A stretch of DNA of 40,000 nt, taken from Bacillus phage vB_BpuM-BpSp. The notes beneath the pieces were generated by a model. That model saw only the letters and a list, made by a program, of their open reading frames with translations. It was not told where the DNA came from and did not search any database. The DNA is taken from sequence record KT895374.1; one strand, 5' to 3'. Both the position numbers and the translations under genes were made by a program. This document shows, piece after piece, positions 18,034-28,499 of the stretch (positions are counted from its first letter, which is position 1; each line of letters opens with the position of its first letter).

Positions 18034-18147
18034 CAAATACAGTTATTCGCTTCTGATTGTCCAATTTTATTTAATTATAAAATCTAAGGAGTTTCCAGAA
18101 ATTAGAGAAGTTTTCATTAAAATAAATTTAATGCCCCTGAATTGTTA

Positions 18148-20918
18148 AGGGATGGATTAAGAACTGAATACTCATCTACTGTAGGAGATTCTAACAATTG
18201 TTTAATTAGAATATCTCTAGGAACAGAAAGTTTAATAGGATTTCCTGCTTTTAACGTATCTTTATAAGTTTTAAATGAGTCTGCTAAAATTTTATAAAGA
18301 TATGCGTTTACTTGTTCTGCACCTCTAACTCTATAAGAACTCATATCGTTAAGCTTAGTATGGGTACTATCTTCTAATAATGTATTTGCATAGAGAAGAA
18401 TATCATAGATATGCTCTGGTAATTTTAACTGTTTTAAGACATCTAATGTTATTGGATCTACCATTAATGAAATTGTATTATGGAATCCTTTACCTACATT
18501 TCGACTTCCGTATAATTCATTGAAAGTCTCAATATATGGATCAATTTCATCAAATTCTTCAAAATCATACATTTCAGTAGCAATTACACTAAGACCACTA
18601 AGCAATAGTGAGTTTCTAATTTTAGAGTTATCATAATATAAGTAACCATTCTTAAATTTAATTCTATTATAATTACTTAATCCCATTTTTACTGCCTTAG
18701 TTTCAAATCTATATTCAATATCATATCGTTCTAATAATTTTGTTAAACCAATTTCATAACCAAGTAAAACACCAATAGGAATTGTTTTATTATTAATCTT
18801 GACTCTTGTATAAGCAAGAGTTTTGGTATCAGAGAATTTCTTAAGAATATCATATCCTTCATTACCATAGGCTTTAACAATATAGCTTAAAACTAATTCT
18901 GTTAAGTTTGGTGCTAAAGGATTAGCATTTTCCTTATCTAAAGAATAAACCTTTTTATTATCATATTTAATTCCAATTAGATTAGTCTTATCCGAATTAA
19001 AACCTATAATTAGATAATCTTCAGTGTTATATTTGGAATTTGATTCTTTAATTTCTCTCAATTTTTTTATTGAATCTAAGTCACTACTAATAGTTTTATT
19101 AATTTCATTTTGGTCAAATATTAATGTACCATTAGATGTTGTAATCTCAAGTAAGAATGATGAAAATTCATTGTATTCTAGAGTTGTTTTAGATGAAGCA
19201 TTAATTGATAGAGCATTACCCAGTTTGTATTTAAATTTATCATCTTTTACCTTTAATTCTTCTCTATCTTTCGTTCTAAAGAATTTTTTAATTCTTTCTG
19301 TCTTTTGAGATATTTTAGAACCAAATCTAGTAATAATAAATTTATTATAGTTTGTAGTTACTTGCACAGTATCAGGTTTTGTTTTAACAATAGGTAATAA
19401 GAATATTTGCTTAAGAATTAATTTTTTACCACCATTAATTCTCATAAATCTACCTTCTTGCATAATTGGGTAATCAAATTTGATACTATGTCTCGTATTA
19501 TTTTCATCTTGGAAAGTTACAGAATAGGTAATTCTTTTTGTTAAATCATCAGAAGTATTTTCTGACTCAATATTAGTAATGTATAATTTAATATCAGAAT
19601 CCCTATTGAAAGATGAAAGTACTGAAACTAAATCTCTCTTCATTTGTTTATTATAATAAGATAAATCAAAATCTTTTAGATTAGACTTTCTAGTTTCGTC
19701 CATTATAACGTTTACATTTTCAATTATTTCGGTATCAATACTTGATGCCTTGAAACCATCAATAATATCCTGTATATTTTCCCCATCCAATTCAACTTTG
19801 GATTGAAGAGATTTCAGACGTTCAAGTACTTTATTTTCTTTAACCTCATCCCCACCAACAACTTGTAGGTCACTAACAGTTTTTAAATCAATTTTAATAT
19901 TTTTATATTTATTTAATAATTCTATTAATTCTTCTTCAGATTTATTTTCAATATCAACTTCTTTTGATAAAGTTTCTTTGATATCATCAGTTAGTTTTTC
20001 AATGGCTTCAGTAGTGTTTTTACTTAATTTGGTATTCTCATCAATATCTAATTTTGATAGAAGTTTTTCTTTAACCTTATTAACTACTTCATCATTGCTA
20101 TCAGGTGTTAATTCCGAATTGGATCCCTCTGATTCTTCCTCAGAACTGGGAAATTTAGAACCATCACCACCCTTAGATGTGTTTTGGTTGGCAATGTTAA
20201 TTAAGTTTCTAATAGCACCTGCAAATCTATTGATTTTTTGTAAATCATTAATTTTCTCATCAATCTTAATTGTTACAATTGATTCTTTTACAGGTGTATA
20301 GAATACTAAACTAATTCCCTTTAAAGCTTCAATATCAGAATTTGATAATAATTTTCTTTTAATAGCCGCATAAAGATAGGCAAATGGATTATCTACTTTA
20401 TTAAGATCGGCAAATGAACTATCTGTAATAGTATCTGGGATAGGAACTAAAATTGCTTTATTAGGATAAACAGTTTTAGAACCCTCATTTACTTTTTCAA
20501 TTAAATATTGAATAAATAATTCAATTCTTCTCTTACCTCTTGATGGTATTTCAGCTTCATTTTCTAGCCACTGATCAGTAATATCATAAATTAGATTATA
20601 TTTGTTATAATCTGGGATACTACGTTTCATCATTGTAATATTATTTGTAGCATTTTTTTGAATATAATCATAATATGCTTTCTGATCCACATAAATTCTT
20701 TTACCTTTATAAATAGAAGTAAACATACGTGGAACATATACTGCTTTAAATGTTGTAGGGTGAATAATTTTTGTACTTAATAATTCACTAATATTCTCCC
20801 TTTTATTTCCGATTAGAAAAATCATATTTGATGATCTGTCACTTTTACTTTTAGTAATAGCATATATCGGTTTTTTTGATAAGACTTTTAATTCGCTCAA
20901 AGAATCGAGATAATGCAT
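18148..20918 (-). CDS. RNA polymerase beta-like, exon 1 (N-terminal portion)
   Basis: IKFDYPIMQEGRFMRINGGKKLILKQIFLLPIVKTKPD resembles the RpoB segment [27 protein letters not shown]; exon ends ...DEYSVLNPSL in phase 2. The called stop near 18117 lies in the intron. Confidence 0.85.
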
Positions 20919-21011
20919 TATTATATCCCTTCCTTTCTTATAATATTATTATGTTCGTGAAAATTATAAAAACAAAAAGAATAGATAAACTATTCTTTTT
21001 GTCCTTTAATA

Positions 21012-21269
21012 TTAAACTTCAAGTTCTTTTTCTTCTAATTTCTCAACTTCTTCTTTATAAACAATGATTTCATTATTCTCTTCTTTATAGAGATAATCAT
21101 AATCTATAAAATTACTTAAGATAAAATTTTTTGCATCATCATATGTCTTAAATTTCTTATTATCATTAGGATTAAAAGCTTGTTTTAAAAATAATTGACC
21201 GCTATAATCATAATAGCCCTTAATAATAAATATATCACTTTCATTAATGATCCTAAATATTTTATTCAT
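21012..21269 (-). CDS. Hypothetical protein
   Basis: 85-aa ORF, coordinates abut 21269-21826. Confidence 0.6.
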   Translation of the reverse strand: MNKIFRIINESDIFIIKGYYDYSGQLFLKQAFNPNDNKKFKTYDDAKNFILSNFIDYDYLYKEENNEIIVYKEEVEKLEEKELEV

Positions 21270-21826
21270 TAGAGCACCTTCCCAAAGTTAGTATCTACAA
21301 CATTTAGAATAATCGTAATTTCACTTCCGCTTCTTAAAAACACGGAAAATTGATGTTCCCCTAATATAAAAGGTACTCCTTCAATAACGCCTTCATCTTT
21401 AGAGAAATTAATGTTTTCAGGTAGATTTTTAACATTACTAATTAACATGTCATTGTTTGTTATAATAGGATTTAAATTAATTTTAAAGTATCTTCCAGAT
21501 AATACTGTTATTCTAGCATTTTGTAGACCATTAGCCATTGGAGTTAAATATTGTTCAAGGTCTAAATCTACATCAATCATATCACTATTAATGAATATAT
21601 TAGTAACTCTTTCACTAGTATCCACCTTATTTACAAAGAAATTACTCACTGTAAAGTAATTTACATATCTAGTATTAGATAAAACTGGAAAAGGATCTTT
21701 AAAACTATTTAAATAATCTCTAAATTTTTTATTTTTATTTCTAATATTATCAGAAGGATCAATAACATTAAGAGAATTTAATTTTTTGAAGTTTGATGGA
21801 TAAGATAATTTTTCTCTTATTAACAT
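21269..21826 (-). CDS. Hypothetical virion protein with Ig-like segment
   Basis: LPENINFSKDEGVIEGVPFILGEHQFSVFLRSGSEITIILNV resembles putative-Ig type repeats (GxIxGxPxxxGxYxFxV). Confidence 0.55.
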   Translation of the reverse strand: MLIREKLSYPSNFKKLNSLNVIDPSDNIRNKNKKFRDYLNSFKDPFPVLSNTRYVNYFTVSNFFVNKVDTSERVTNIFINSDMIDVDLDLEQYLTPMANGLQNARITVLSGRYFKINLNPIITNNDMLISNVKNLPENINFSKDEGVIEGVPFILGEHQFSVFLRSGSEITIILNVVDTNFGKVL

Positions 21827-21828
21827 AA

Positions 21829-23763
21829 CTATTCACCATACACTGGAGTTACATTAATAGATCCAGATCCAACAATAACAATAGGTACTGAAAGTGCCTG
21901 TGTATCACTAGTAGTTAATGTTATAGATTTAGATTGAGTGTTTCTAAAAATAGCATTTCCTTCTAAAAATAATTTGATCTCGGTTGCTTTTCTTTCACCT
22001 GCAAGATTTTTACTATCGACAATAATATTGGTATTAATATCATTTCCTTGATAGATTAAAGATGTATCAGAGAATTTAACTGTAATATCTAAAGCTAAAT
22101 AAGGACTAACCATTTCAAGATTATAATTATTTGTATTTTCTATATACCATAATCTCTCATTGTCATCAATTCCAAGACTCTTTACTTCATTATTGGTATA
22201 ATTTATAGATAACGAAAATTTATTAGTAGATAGATCCACTGTGTATAATTGTAATAAAGAATCTCTTACAATTAATAAAAATTCACTACCCATTGGGAAA
22301 ATAGCACGAATTCCCTCAGTTTGAATATTTCTAATCGATAAACTATCTCTATAAATAATTGCGTCATCTACAATTTCAAATAAATACATAGGGAATTCAG
22401 TAGTTGCATATAATCTAGCAAAAGTTGAAATATTTGTTGCGCCAGACTTTATATTTGCATAAGATGATGTACTGGAAGGACTTACATAATTATAATCTTC
22501 AGCATAGTGTCTTGTTAAATTACTAGTAACTGTAGTAAATGTTAAAAATTTACGATTATTTATTTTTAAATAGTTAAGTGACATTTTAAAGTTATTTAGA
22601 AATTCATCATGTTTATATATATTTAGTATATCAGGAATTGTATTCGATACTGTTAGTTCTTTTTTAGCATCACTTTGACCAATTTTATTTAAATCATATT
22701 TTATAAATTTTACACTTAGGGAATCTTTCATTATGCTATAATACATAGTTCCTTCATCTAAATCAAAGGTGGGTATTTGTGCCATAAAAGATCTAATTCT
22801 ATCTGGACTCTCTGGAGTTGCTACTGTCTGCCTTGTAATATCTGTGAATAAATAACTTACAACTAAAGTGTTAGAGACAGATATAGCATTTAATGTAGTA
22901 GTAACTACTCCTGAAGCAATTTTAAATTCTTGCGTAATAAAGATAATTTCATTATCATTCTTTTTAACTGCATTAATTATTTCGCCACCAGTAAAAAAAA
23001 CCTCTTTTATAATATTTAAACTTTTATCAAATAAAACTATTGAATCTGTATATTTTAATATATAGTTAGGAGTTGCCGTAGAAGTAAAACTCAATGCTCC
23101 TGAAGTAGAGTTAAAAGAAGCAACAGTAATATATCTTTCATAAAATGCCCTATCAATATAAAATCCTGGAGCAGATGTTGATACTTGAGGTGGTTTATTT
23201 CTATCTTGAATATTTCCTGGACCTAAAAATTGTCCTGCATAAATTGTATCAACAGGATCATTTGTATCAGTATCAAATTTATGGAAAGCAGATCCATTTC
23301 TAACTATTATAAAACTGCCTTCATCTACTTTAACAAATGAAACTTTACCTAAACCATTTGAAATAACCTTACTATTTAAAATTTCTCCATTTTTATATTG
23401 ATAAAGAACCACATTACCATTACCAGCTTGATCAGAAGCTACAATTTCAGTTCCATCAGCAAATTTTATATTATTTCTAAATAACGTATCTTTTGGTTTA
23501 AAAGGAATTCTACCACCTACCATTTTACCATCATTATTGATTGAATAATGTCTAGTTATGGTATTAATGTTGTCTGCACTCAACCTACTAGCACTTTGAT
23601 ACCTTGGCATTTTTGCTACTTTTTCTAGTGCAATATTTTTTTTATTGTAGTTTTCCCCTTCAATTTCAATATAATCATTAGCTTCAAAAAATAATGATTG
23701 TTGAGTAAAATTATAATATCTTAGATTTTTAATTCCTTTTGGAAGAGTATAAACAGTACTCAT
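21829..23763 (-). CDS. Hypothetical virion structural protein (tail/adhesin-like)
   Basis: 644-aa beta-rich ORF in the structural block. Confidence 0.6.
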   Translation of the reverse strand: MSTVYTLPKGIKNLRYYNFTQQSLFFEANDYIEIEGENYNKKNIALEKVAKMPRYQSASRLSADNINTITRHYSINNDGKMVGGRIPFKPKDTLFRNNIKFADGTEIVASDQAGNGNVVLYQYKNGEILNSKVISNGLGKVSFVKVDEGSFIIVRNGSAFHKFDTDTNDPVDTIYAGQFLGPGNIQDRNKPPQVSTSAPGFYIDRAFYERYITVASFNSTSGALSFTSTATPNYILKYTDSIVLFDKSLNIIKEVFFTGGEIINAVKKNDNEIIFITQEFKIASGVVTTTLNAISVSNTLVVSYLFTDITRQTVATPESPDRIRSFMAQIPTFDLDEGTMYYSIMKDSLSVKFIKYDLNKIGQSDAKKELTVSNTIPDILNIYKHDEFLNNFKMSLNYLKINNRKFLTFTTVTSNLTRHYAEDYNYVSPSSTSSYANIKSGATNISTFARLYATTEFPMYLFEIVDDAIIYRDSLSIRNIQTEGIRAIFPMGSEFLLIVRDSLLQLYTVDLSTNKFSLSINYTNNEVKSLGIDDNERLWYIENTNNYNLEMVSPYLALDITVKFSDTSLIYQGNDINTNIIVDSKNLAGERKATEIKLFLEGNAIFRNTQSKSITLTTSDTQALSVPIVIVGSGSINVTPVYGE

Positions 23764-24167
23764 TCAGATGAACCCCCTAAGTATTTAAGTGTATAATCTA
23801 ATGAAAAATTACCTTTAACTTTTATAATAAAATCAGAATCCTCTATTCTTATAAAAAATTGTCTCGAAGGTGGGATAGTACCTTCATACATCTTAGTTCC
23901 ATTATTATAAACTTCATAACTACCATTAGATGTTGAACTTTTATTTATTAACGATATTGAACCACTAATTAATATTTCTTTTGAAAGATCTAATAGTTTT
24001 GAGATATTTAATAATTCACTCATCTCAGCTTGTTGAACAGTCTTAGACTCCTTTTTTTCTTGAACGCTTAAACTCCCACCTGCATTTTCTTTTAAACTAT
24101 TGATATCATCCTTGAGAGTATTTCCTATGATTCCTCTAATTTGATTTTGATTTATCATTGTCATCAC
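23760..24167 (-). CDS. Hypothetical virion-associated protein
   Basis: 135-aa ORF overlapping the neighbouring start. Confidence 0.6.
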   Translation of the reverse strand: MMTMINQNQIRGIIGNTLKDDINSLKENAGGSLSVQEKKESKTVQQAEMSELLNISKLLDLSKEILISGSISLINKSSTSNGSYEVYNNGTKMYEGTIPPSRQFFIRIEDSDFIIKVKGNFSLDYTLKYLGGSSE

Positions 24168-24183
24168 CTATGAAATTGTTTAA

Positions 24184-24222
24184 ATAATTCTAGTATACTT
24201 ATGAAAAGTATACTAGAATTAT
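24184..24222. terminator. Strong hairpin terminator
   Basis: ataattctagtatactt-atgaa-aagtatactagaattat, about 17-bp perfect stem. Confidence 0.7.
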
Positions 24223-24233
24223 TTTTTAGTTTG

Positions 24234-25451
24234 TTACTTTATTTTTAATTTCTGTCCAGGAAAAATAACATTAGGGTTACTAAGTTTATTAAGCTTTGTT
24301 AAGTTACTAACAGTAGTTCCAAACTGTTGAGCAATTGCACCTAAATTATCACCTTTTTTAACTGTATATGTTGTAGAAGAAGGTTTAGATACTGGTTTAG
24401 ATGCTGATGAACTAGTAGTTGGTAATTTAATTACTTGACCAACACTAATAACATTAGGATTTTTAATATTATTTAATGATGTTAGTACTGAAACTGAAGT
24501 TTTGAATTTGCTAGCAATTCCTCCAAGAGTATCACCTTTTTTAACTGTATATGTTGTAGAAGAAGAAGGTTTAGATACTGGTTTAGGTTTAACAGTAGTA
24601 CTAGTTGGTAATTTAATTACTTGACCAACACTAATAACATTAGGATTTTTAATATTATTTAATGATACTAATACAGACGTAGTTGTTTTGAATTTACTAG
24701 CAATTCCTCCAAGAGTATCACCTTTTTTAACCGTATAACTAGATGAACTAGAAGAGTTTTTAGATGGTGATGGAGCTGGTTTAGGATTACTAGAACCTGA
24801 TTCCTTAACTACAGTTTTACCTTTAGTTAATTCTGATACAGGAACATAAGACCAGTTAACGTCAACTGTACCTTTAATACCATTAATTAGACCTTTTTCG
24901 GTATATTGCCAAATGCTAACACCATTTGGAATAACAGATTCTTGACTTGTATAACGAGCATACCAAATACCATAAGGTTTCATTGTATTAAAATCTAATG
25001 ATGAATCAAAAAATGCTTTATACGCATAAACCATTACATTAGCACCTTTAGCTTTTAGAGTTTCTAGAAACTTAACAGCTAATTTTGTAACATTAGATTT
25101 TCCTAGACTTGTAAAAGATCCATGTTCAATATCTAAAACTAATGGTAACTGAAAATCAATATCTTTAACTTTACTATAAAAATAGTTAGCTTCAGCTACT
25201 GCCTGACTTTCATTTTTAAAATGTGCATAATGATAAAAACCAATAGGAATCCCAGCACTCTTAGCACCACTAGCATTAGTTTTTAAAGTTGGATCTGTAT
25301 AAGAAGTTCCTTCTGTAGCTTTAATAAAGGCAAATTTAACACCGTCATTAGCAACTTTTTTCCAATCAATATTTTGACGGTCTTGTTGCCAGTGACTAAT
25401 ATCAATACCTTTAATCTTAACAGCGTTACTTGATCCCTTCAAAAAAATCAT
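24234..25451 (-). CDS. Endolysin: GH25 lysozyme domain plus three LysM repeats
   Basis: [40 protein letters not shown]...GFYHYA...LVLDIE is a canonical GH25 signature; three YTVKKGD(T/N)LG.IA..F LysM repeats. Confidence 0.96.
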   Translation of the reverse strand: MIFLKGSSNAVKIKGIDISHWQQDRQNIDWKKVANDGVKFAFIKATEGTSYTDPTLKTNASGAKSAGIPIGFYHYAHFKNESQAVAEANYFYSKVKDIDFQLPLVLDIEHGSFTSLGKSNVTKLAVKFLETLKAKGANVMVYAYKAFFDSSLDFNTMKPYGIWYARYTSQESVIPNGVSIWQYTEKGLINGIKGTVDVNWSYVPVSELTKGKTVVKESGSSNPKPAPSPSKNSSSSSSYTVKKGDTLGGIASKFKTTTSVLVSLNNIKNPNVISVGQVIKLPTSTTVKPKPVSKPSSSTTYTVKKGDTLGGIASKFKTSVSVLTSLNNIKNPNVISVGQVIKLPTTSSSASKPVSKPSSTTYTVKKGDNLGAIAQQFGTTVSNLTKLNKLSNPNVIFPGQKLKIK

Positions 25452-25492
25452 CCTTCCTAGAACTTTTATTTGGAACTAATATTTTGTTCAAA

Positions 25493-25999
25493 TTAAAGTA
25501 TAATTATATTTATATAATCTAAATCTTTTTCTAAAGGAGTTTTTAAATCAAAATCAATACTGGAATACTTAGTATAGTCAATTCCCTCTTCTAAAAGAAC
25601 TCCATTTTTTAACAGAAGAAGAATATTATTTTCCTCTAAAGGTATTGGATAGGTAATCCTAGTTTGACCTTCATATGGTTCAATTTTAATTCTATCTTTT
25701 TTCGAAGCACCATTTGATACTTTTTCAAACTTATTAGAAGATTTAATATAAATATAAATCGTTTTATTTTCTTTTACCAATATTAATTTATTTTCTATTT
25801 TATTATTAGTTAGATCACTTTCTTTATCAATAATAATAGTGTCAGTTATTTTTATTCTACTATCAGATAGAATATAAAGATTTTTTTGTTCTGTAAAAAT
25901 TAAAGATCCTTTTTCAGTTATGGTATTAATATCACTTTCTTTAACAGCATGTAGATTGAGATCCATTAGACCACCTCTTAGATATTGAATGTCTTCCAT
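25493..25999 (-). CDS. Hypothetical structural protein
   Basis: 168-aa ORF; contains RITDTIIIDKESDLTNNKIENKLILVKENKTIYIYIKSSNKFEKV. Confidence 0.6.
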   Translation of the reverse strand: MEDIQYLRGGLMDLNLHAVKESDINTITEKGSLIFTEQKNLYILSDSRIKITDTIIIDKESDLTNNKIENKLILVKENKTIYIYIKSSNKFEKVSNGASKKDRIKIEPYEGQTRITYPIPLEENNILLLLKNGVLLEEGIDYTKYSSIDFDLKTPLEKDLDYINIIIL

Positions 26000-26232
26000 T
26001 CCATTTTATTTAATTTCTTATTTTCAAATTGATTAGTTGTACTATTAAAAACTAATATGTCCTCATTTTTTAGATCTTTCAAATTTACACCCTTGATATT
26101 TTTTAGTTCTACATTTTCTATATTTTTAACAATTTCATTTACAATTCGATCAGGAGACCAAGCATGATCTTTTCCATAGTTTCCATCATCAATTACTATA
26201 CCGCTAACTTTATTATAAAAAAACTTAGCCAT
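25978..26232 (-). CDS. Hypothetical protein, start moved to ATG at 26232
   Basis: GGGAGG precedes ATGGCTAAG (MAKFFYNKVSGIVIDDGNYGKDHAWSPD...). The longer tracked start at 26427 would overlap the + strand gene at 26381. Confidence 0.65.
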   Translation of the reverse strand: MAKFFYNKVSGIVIDDGNYGKDHAWSPDRIVNEIVKNIENVELKNIKGVNLKDLKNEDILVFNSTTNQFENKKLNKMEWKTFNI

Positions 26233-26380
26233 GAAAAAACCTCCCATTATTATAAATTCTAGGAATAAAACAAAAATCAAAGGATAAATTAAATATATAT
26301 CATAATATTGAAAAAACTTAGAATAATTATTAACATGATATTGTTCTGAGAAAATAAAAACTATTAGGAGGAAACAAAAA

Positions 26381-27043
26381 ATGGTAGTACGTAAAATGGT
26401 TAAACCAGTAAAGGTAGTAGAAAACAAAAAGGAACTAGAAAAAGAATTAGAGAATAGTGTAGAAACGGAAGAAGTTCAAGAAGCTACACCAGTAAAAGAA
26501 GAGAAGAAAGTAACAAAACCAAAGACAGTTAAAAAACCAAAGGTAGCGGAAAAGAAAGAAGAAAAACCAAAAGCAGTTAAAAAGGAAACTAAAAAGACAA
26601 TTAGTTTATCTGGTAAAAAGAAAGAAGAAAAACCAAAGGAAAAGAATGAAGGTCCAAGAGCAAGACAAGAAGATGTTATTGCTCTAACAGTTAAGAAGCT
26701 AGAAGAAAAAGGATATGAAATTTCTTTAAAAGAAGCAACTATCTTTAAAGAGGCATATGAAGCGGCAGTAGATGAAACTACTGATACACAATCTTATAAA
26801 TTTGCAGGTGGAATGATTAAGGTATTAGAACGTAAACCTCAAGTACATTCTTCACCTAAGACTGATTATGATTCATTAAAAATGGGATATAGTTATAAAA
26901 CATTCTCAAAAGATATTGGTGAACCAGTAAAATATCGTGGTACATTTAATCCTGAAACTAGAGAGTTTAAGGCTGATGGAGTATATAACTATGAAACAAA
27001 AGAGTTTGACAAAGTTGATGAAACAATTATTGTAGAGAAGTAA
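26381..27043 (+). CDS. Lys/Glu-rich protein with possible HU/IHF-like C-terminal region
   Basis: N-terminal K/E/P low complexity; ARQEDVIALTVKKLEEKGYEISLKEATIFKEAYEAAVDE...YKFAGGMIKVLERKPQVHSSP weakly resembles an HU-type layout. Confidence 0.6.
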   Translation: MVVRKMVKPVKVVENKKELEKELENSVETEEVQEATPVKEEKKVTKPKTVKKPKVAEKKEEKPKAVKKETKKTISLSGKKKEEKPKEKNEGPRARQEDVIALTVKKLEEKGYEISLKEATIFKEAYEAAVDETTDTQSYKFAGGMIKVLERKPQVHSSPKTDYDSLKMGYSYKTFSKDIGEPVKYRGTFNPETREFKADGVYNYETKEFDKVDETIIVEK

Positions 27044-27045
27044 TT

Positions 27046-27085
27046 ATAATAGAGATATTGAAATTCAATATCTCTATTATTTCTT
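27046..27085 (+). terminator. Hairpin terminator
   Basis: aatagagatattgaa-a-ttcaatatctctatt followed by a T-rich tract. Confidence 0.7.
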
Positions 27086-27423
27086 TTATTTTTACTATGA
27101 TCCACAAAAACAACAAGAGAAAACATAATCTAAAGAGAAAGGATAATTCATTAATGTATAAAAACATTGAAGATTTGAATAAGTTTGCTTCTAAAATCCT
27201 AGAAACTGAAATATCATTTGAAGAAAGTATTACATTTACTCCTGATGAGGTAGAAGAAAATATTGGAGAGAAACCTAATAGAGATAAGATCTGTCATAGT
27301 ACATCATTAGAAGACGGTAGAGTAATTATGTTATTAACAGAATTAGAACCAAACTATACTCCTTGGAAGTTATTAGAATTAGAAGAAGATGGATTTAAAG
27401 AACTGTATAGTAAGAGTATCTAG
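27058..27423 (+). CDS. Hypothetical protein, true start probably 27154 (MYKNIEDLNKFASK)
   Basis: 121-aa ORF as tracked; the upstream start falls inside a terminator hairpin, and aaaggataattcatta precedes ATGTATAAA. Confidence 0.55.
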   Translation: MKFNISIISFIFTMIHKNNKRKHNLKRKDNSLMYKNIEDLNKFASKILETEISFEESITFTPDEVEENIGEKPNRDKICHSTSLEDGRVIMLLTELEPNYTPWKLLELEEDGFKELYSKSI

Positions 27424-27441
27424 ATAGAGGAGATAAATTAA

Positions 27442-27690
27442 TTGGATAAAGAAAAATTAATTTCAAGATCTTTAGACATTATGGAAAGCGTTAAAATGAT
27501 AGTAGGATCTCATGGTGAAGATGTGCCAGAGGGTGAAAAATCCATGCTAGATAGTATCATTGATAAATTAAATACTGATAAGGATTTTAATAATCTAACT
27601 GAAATAGAATTTAAATATGTAAGAGCATCATATGATGCTATTTATGATAAAGAAGAAAAAATAGAATGGGAAGAAATTTATAAAAAATAA
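27442..27690 (+). CDS. Hypothetical protein
   Basis: 82-aa ORF preceded by gaggag. Confidence 0.6.
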   Translation: MDKEKLISRSLDIMESVKMIVGSHGEDVPEGEKSMLDSIIDKLNTDKDFNNLTEIEFKYVRASYDAIYDKEEKIEWEEIYKK

Positions 27691-27715
27691 ATTTTTAAAT
27701 TGAGAGGTAAAAAAC

Positions 27716-28312
27716 TTGGATTATAACTACTTCAGCATTGATAATGACTTAGTCATATTCAACTATCAAGAATTTTTAACTGTTCAAGAAAGAATACAAA
27801 GAAAATTTAAAATCAATTACTCTGGAACTGAATTATTTGATAAATTTGCAATGCAAACTTTAGAGGAAATCTTTGAAGTATTAACTGAAAAATCAGGAGA
27901 AGAAGGCATTAAGAAAGAAATTGTTGATGTAATTATGTACTTAGGAAGTTTATATTCAGCTTTGTTTGACGATAATTTTAAAAATAAAGATATCAAAGAA
28001 GATACAATTAAACTTGAATTATATGAAGTAGGATCAATGGGTCATTATCCTGCACAGGATGTTGAATATCGTATGATTGCAACCTTTAAAAGTATTTTTA
28101 AATTAAGAACCTTATTAAAGGATAGAAAATGGCATAAAAAAACTGATTATAGTTTAAGTAAAAACTTAGAGGACTTAAGAAGTATATTGGAAAGTATTAG
28201 ATACATGATTTCTTATCTAGTAGAATTTTTAATTGAATACTCATACAATAATATAAATGAGTTAAATTCTTTATTTAAAGCTAAACAGTCTTTTATTTTA
28301 AATTTAGAATAA
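27716..28312 (+). CDS. MazG-like nucleotide pyrophosphohydrolase-family protein
   Basis: TLEEIFEVLTEKSGEEGIKKEIVDVIMYLGSLYSAL has the ExxE...ExxD arrangement of all-alpha NTP-PPases. Confidence 0.55.
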   Translation: MDYNYFSIDNDLVIFNYQEFLTVQERIQRKFKINYSGTELFDKFAMQTLEEIFEVLTEKSGEEGIKKEIVDVIMYLGSLYSALFDDNFKNKDIKEDTIKLELYEVGSMGHYPAQDVEYRMIATFKSIFKLRTLLKDRKWHKKTDYSLSKNLEDLRSILESIRYMISYLVEFLIEYSYNNINELNSLFKAKQSFILNLE

Positions 28313-28403
28313 ATATTCTTTTAAAAAATAAAAAGAATTAGTATTAAACTTAACATTAATATATTAATTATTATTTTAGGGGGTAGGGGGTTAGAGAATC
28401 CAT

Positions 28404-28499
28404 ATGAATAAAAAAATAATAATTAATAATAAATATAATAAAAAAGAATTAATTAAAAAAATAATTAATAATAAAAAATCTTTAAAAAAGATTAATTAA
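28404..28499 (+). CDS. Possible 31-aa Lys/Asn/Ile-rich micropeptide
   Basis: MNKKIIINNKYNKKELIKKIINNKKSLKKIN*, preceded by agggggtagggggttagag; may be chance in AT-rich DNA. Confidence 0.25.
   Translation: MNKKIIINNKYNKKELIKKIINNKKSLKKIN

Larger units (their letters stand above)
17412..18147 (-). ncRNA. Group I intron 1 (736 nt) carrying an antisense ORF in its P6-like loop
   Basis: Starts CCCT^TAACAATTCAGGGG (P1 with U.G pair), then AATTTCTGGAAA...ACAATCAGAAGC, GTTCAACGACTATCG, GATATAGTCTC, ends GAAGATAATG^. AACTGTATT(T)GA / TCAATACAGTT form a stem around the ORF. Confidence 0.85.
13440..20918 (-). other. Split gene (6 exons, 5 group I introns) for a multisubunit RNA polymerase beta-subunit-like protein, about 1408 aa after splicing
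   Basis: Exons 20918-18148, 17411-17271, 16973-16823, 16525-16493, 16195-15976, 14350-13440 sum to 4227 nt (1409 codons including stop) and join in frame into an uninterrupted RpoB-like sequence. Confidence 0.88.

Noticed and set aside
13440-18117. Interpretation as a decayed RNAP pseudogene with frameshifts
   Set aside because: Exon boundaries coincide with canonical group I intron ends, phases fit at all five junctions, and exon sequences have no internal stops.
19024-20301. + strand ORFs 19024-19308 and 19978-20301
   Set aside because: They lie fully inside exon 1 of the beta-like gene on the other strand; Ser/Leu-rich shadow frames of AT-rich coding DNA.
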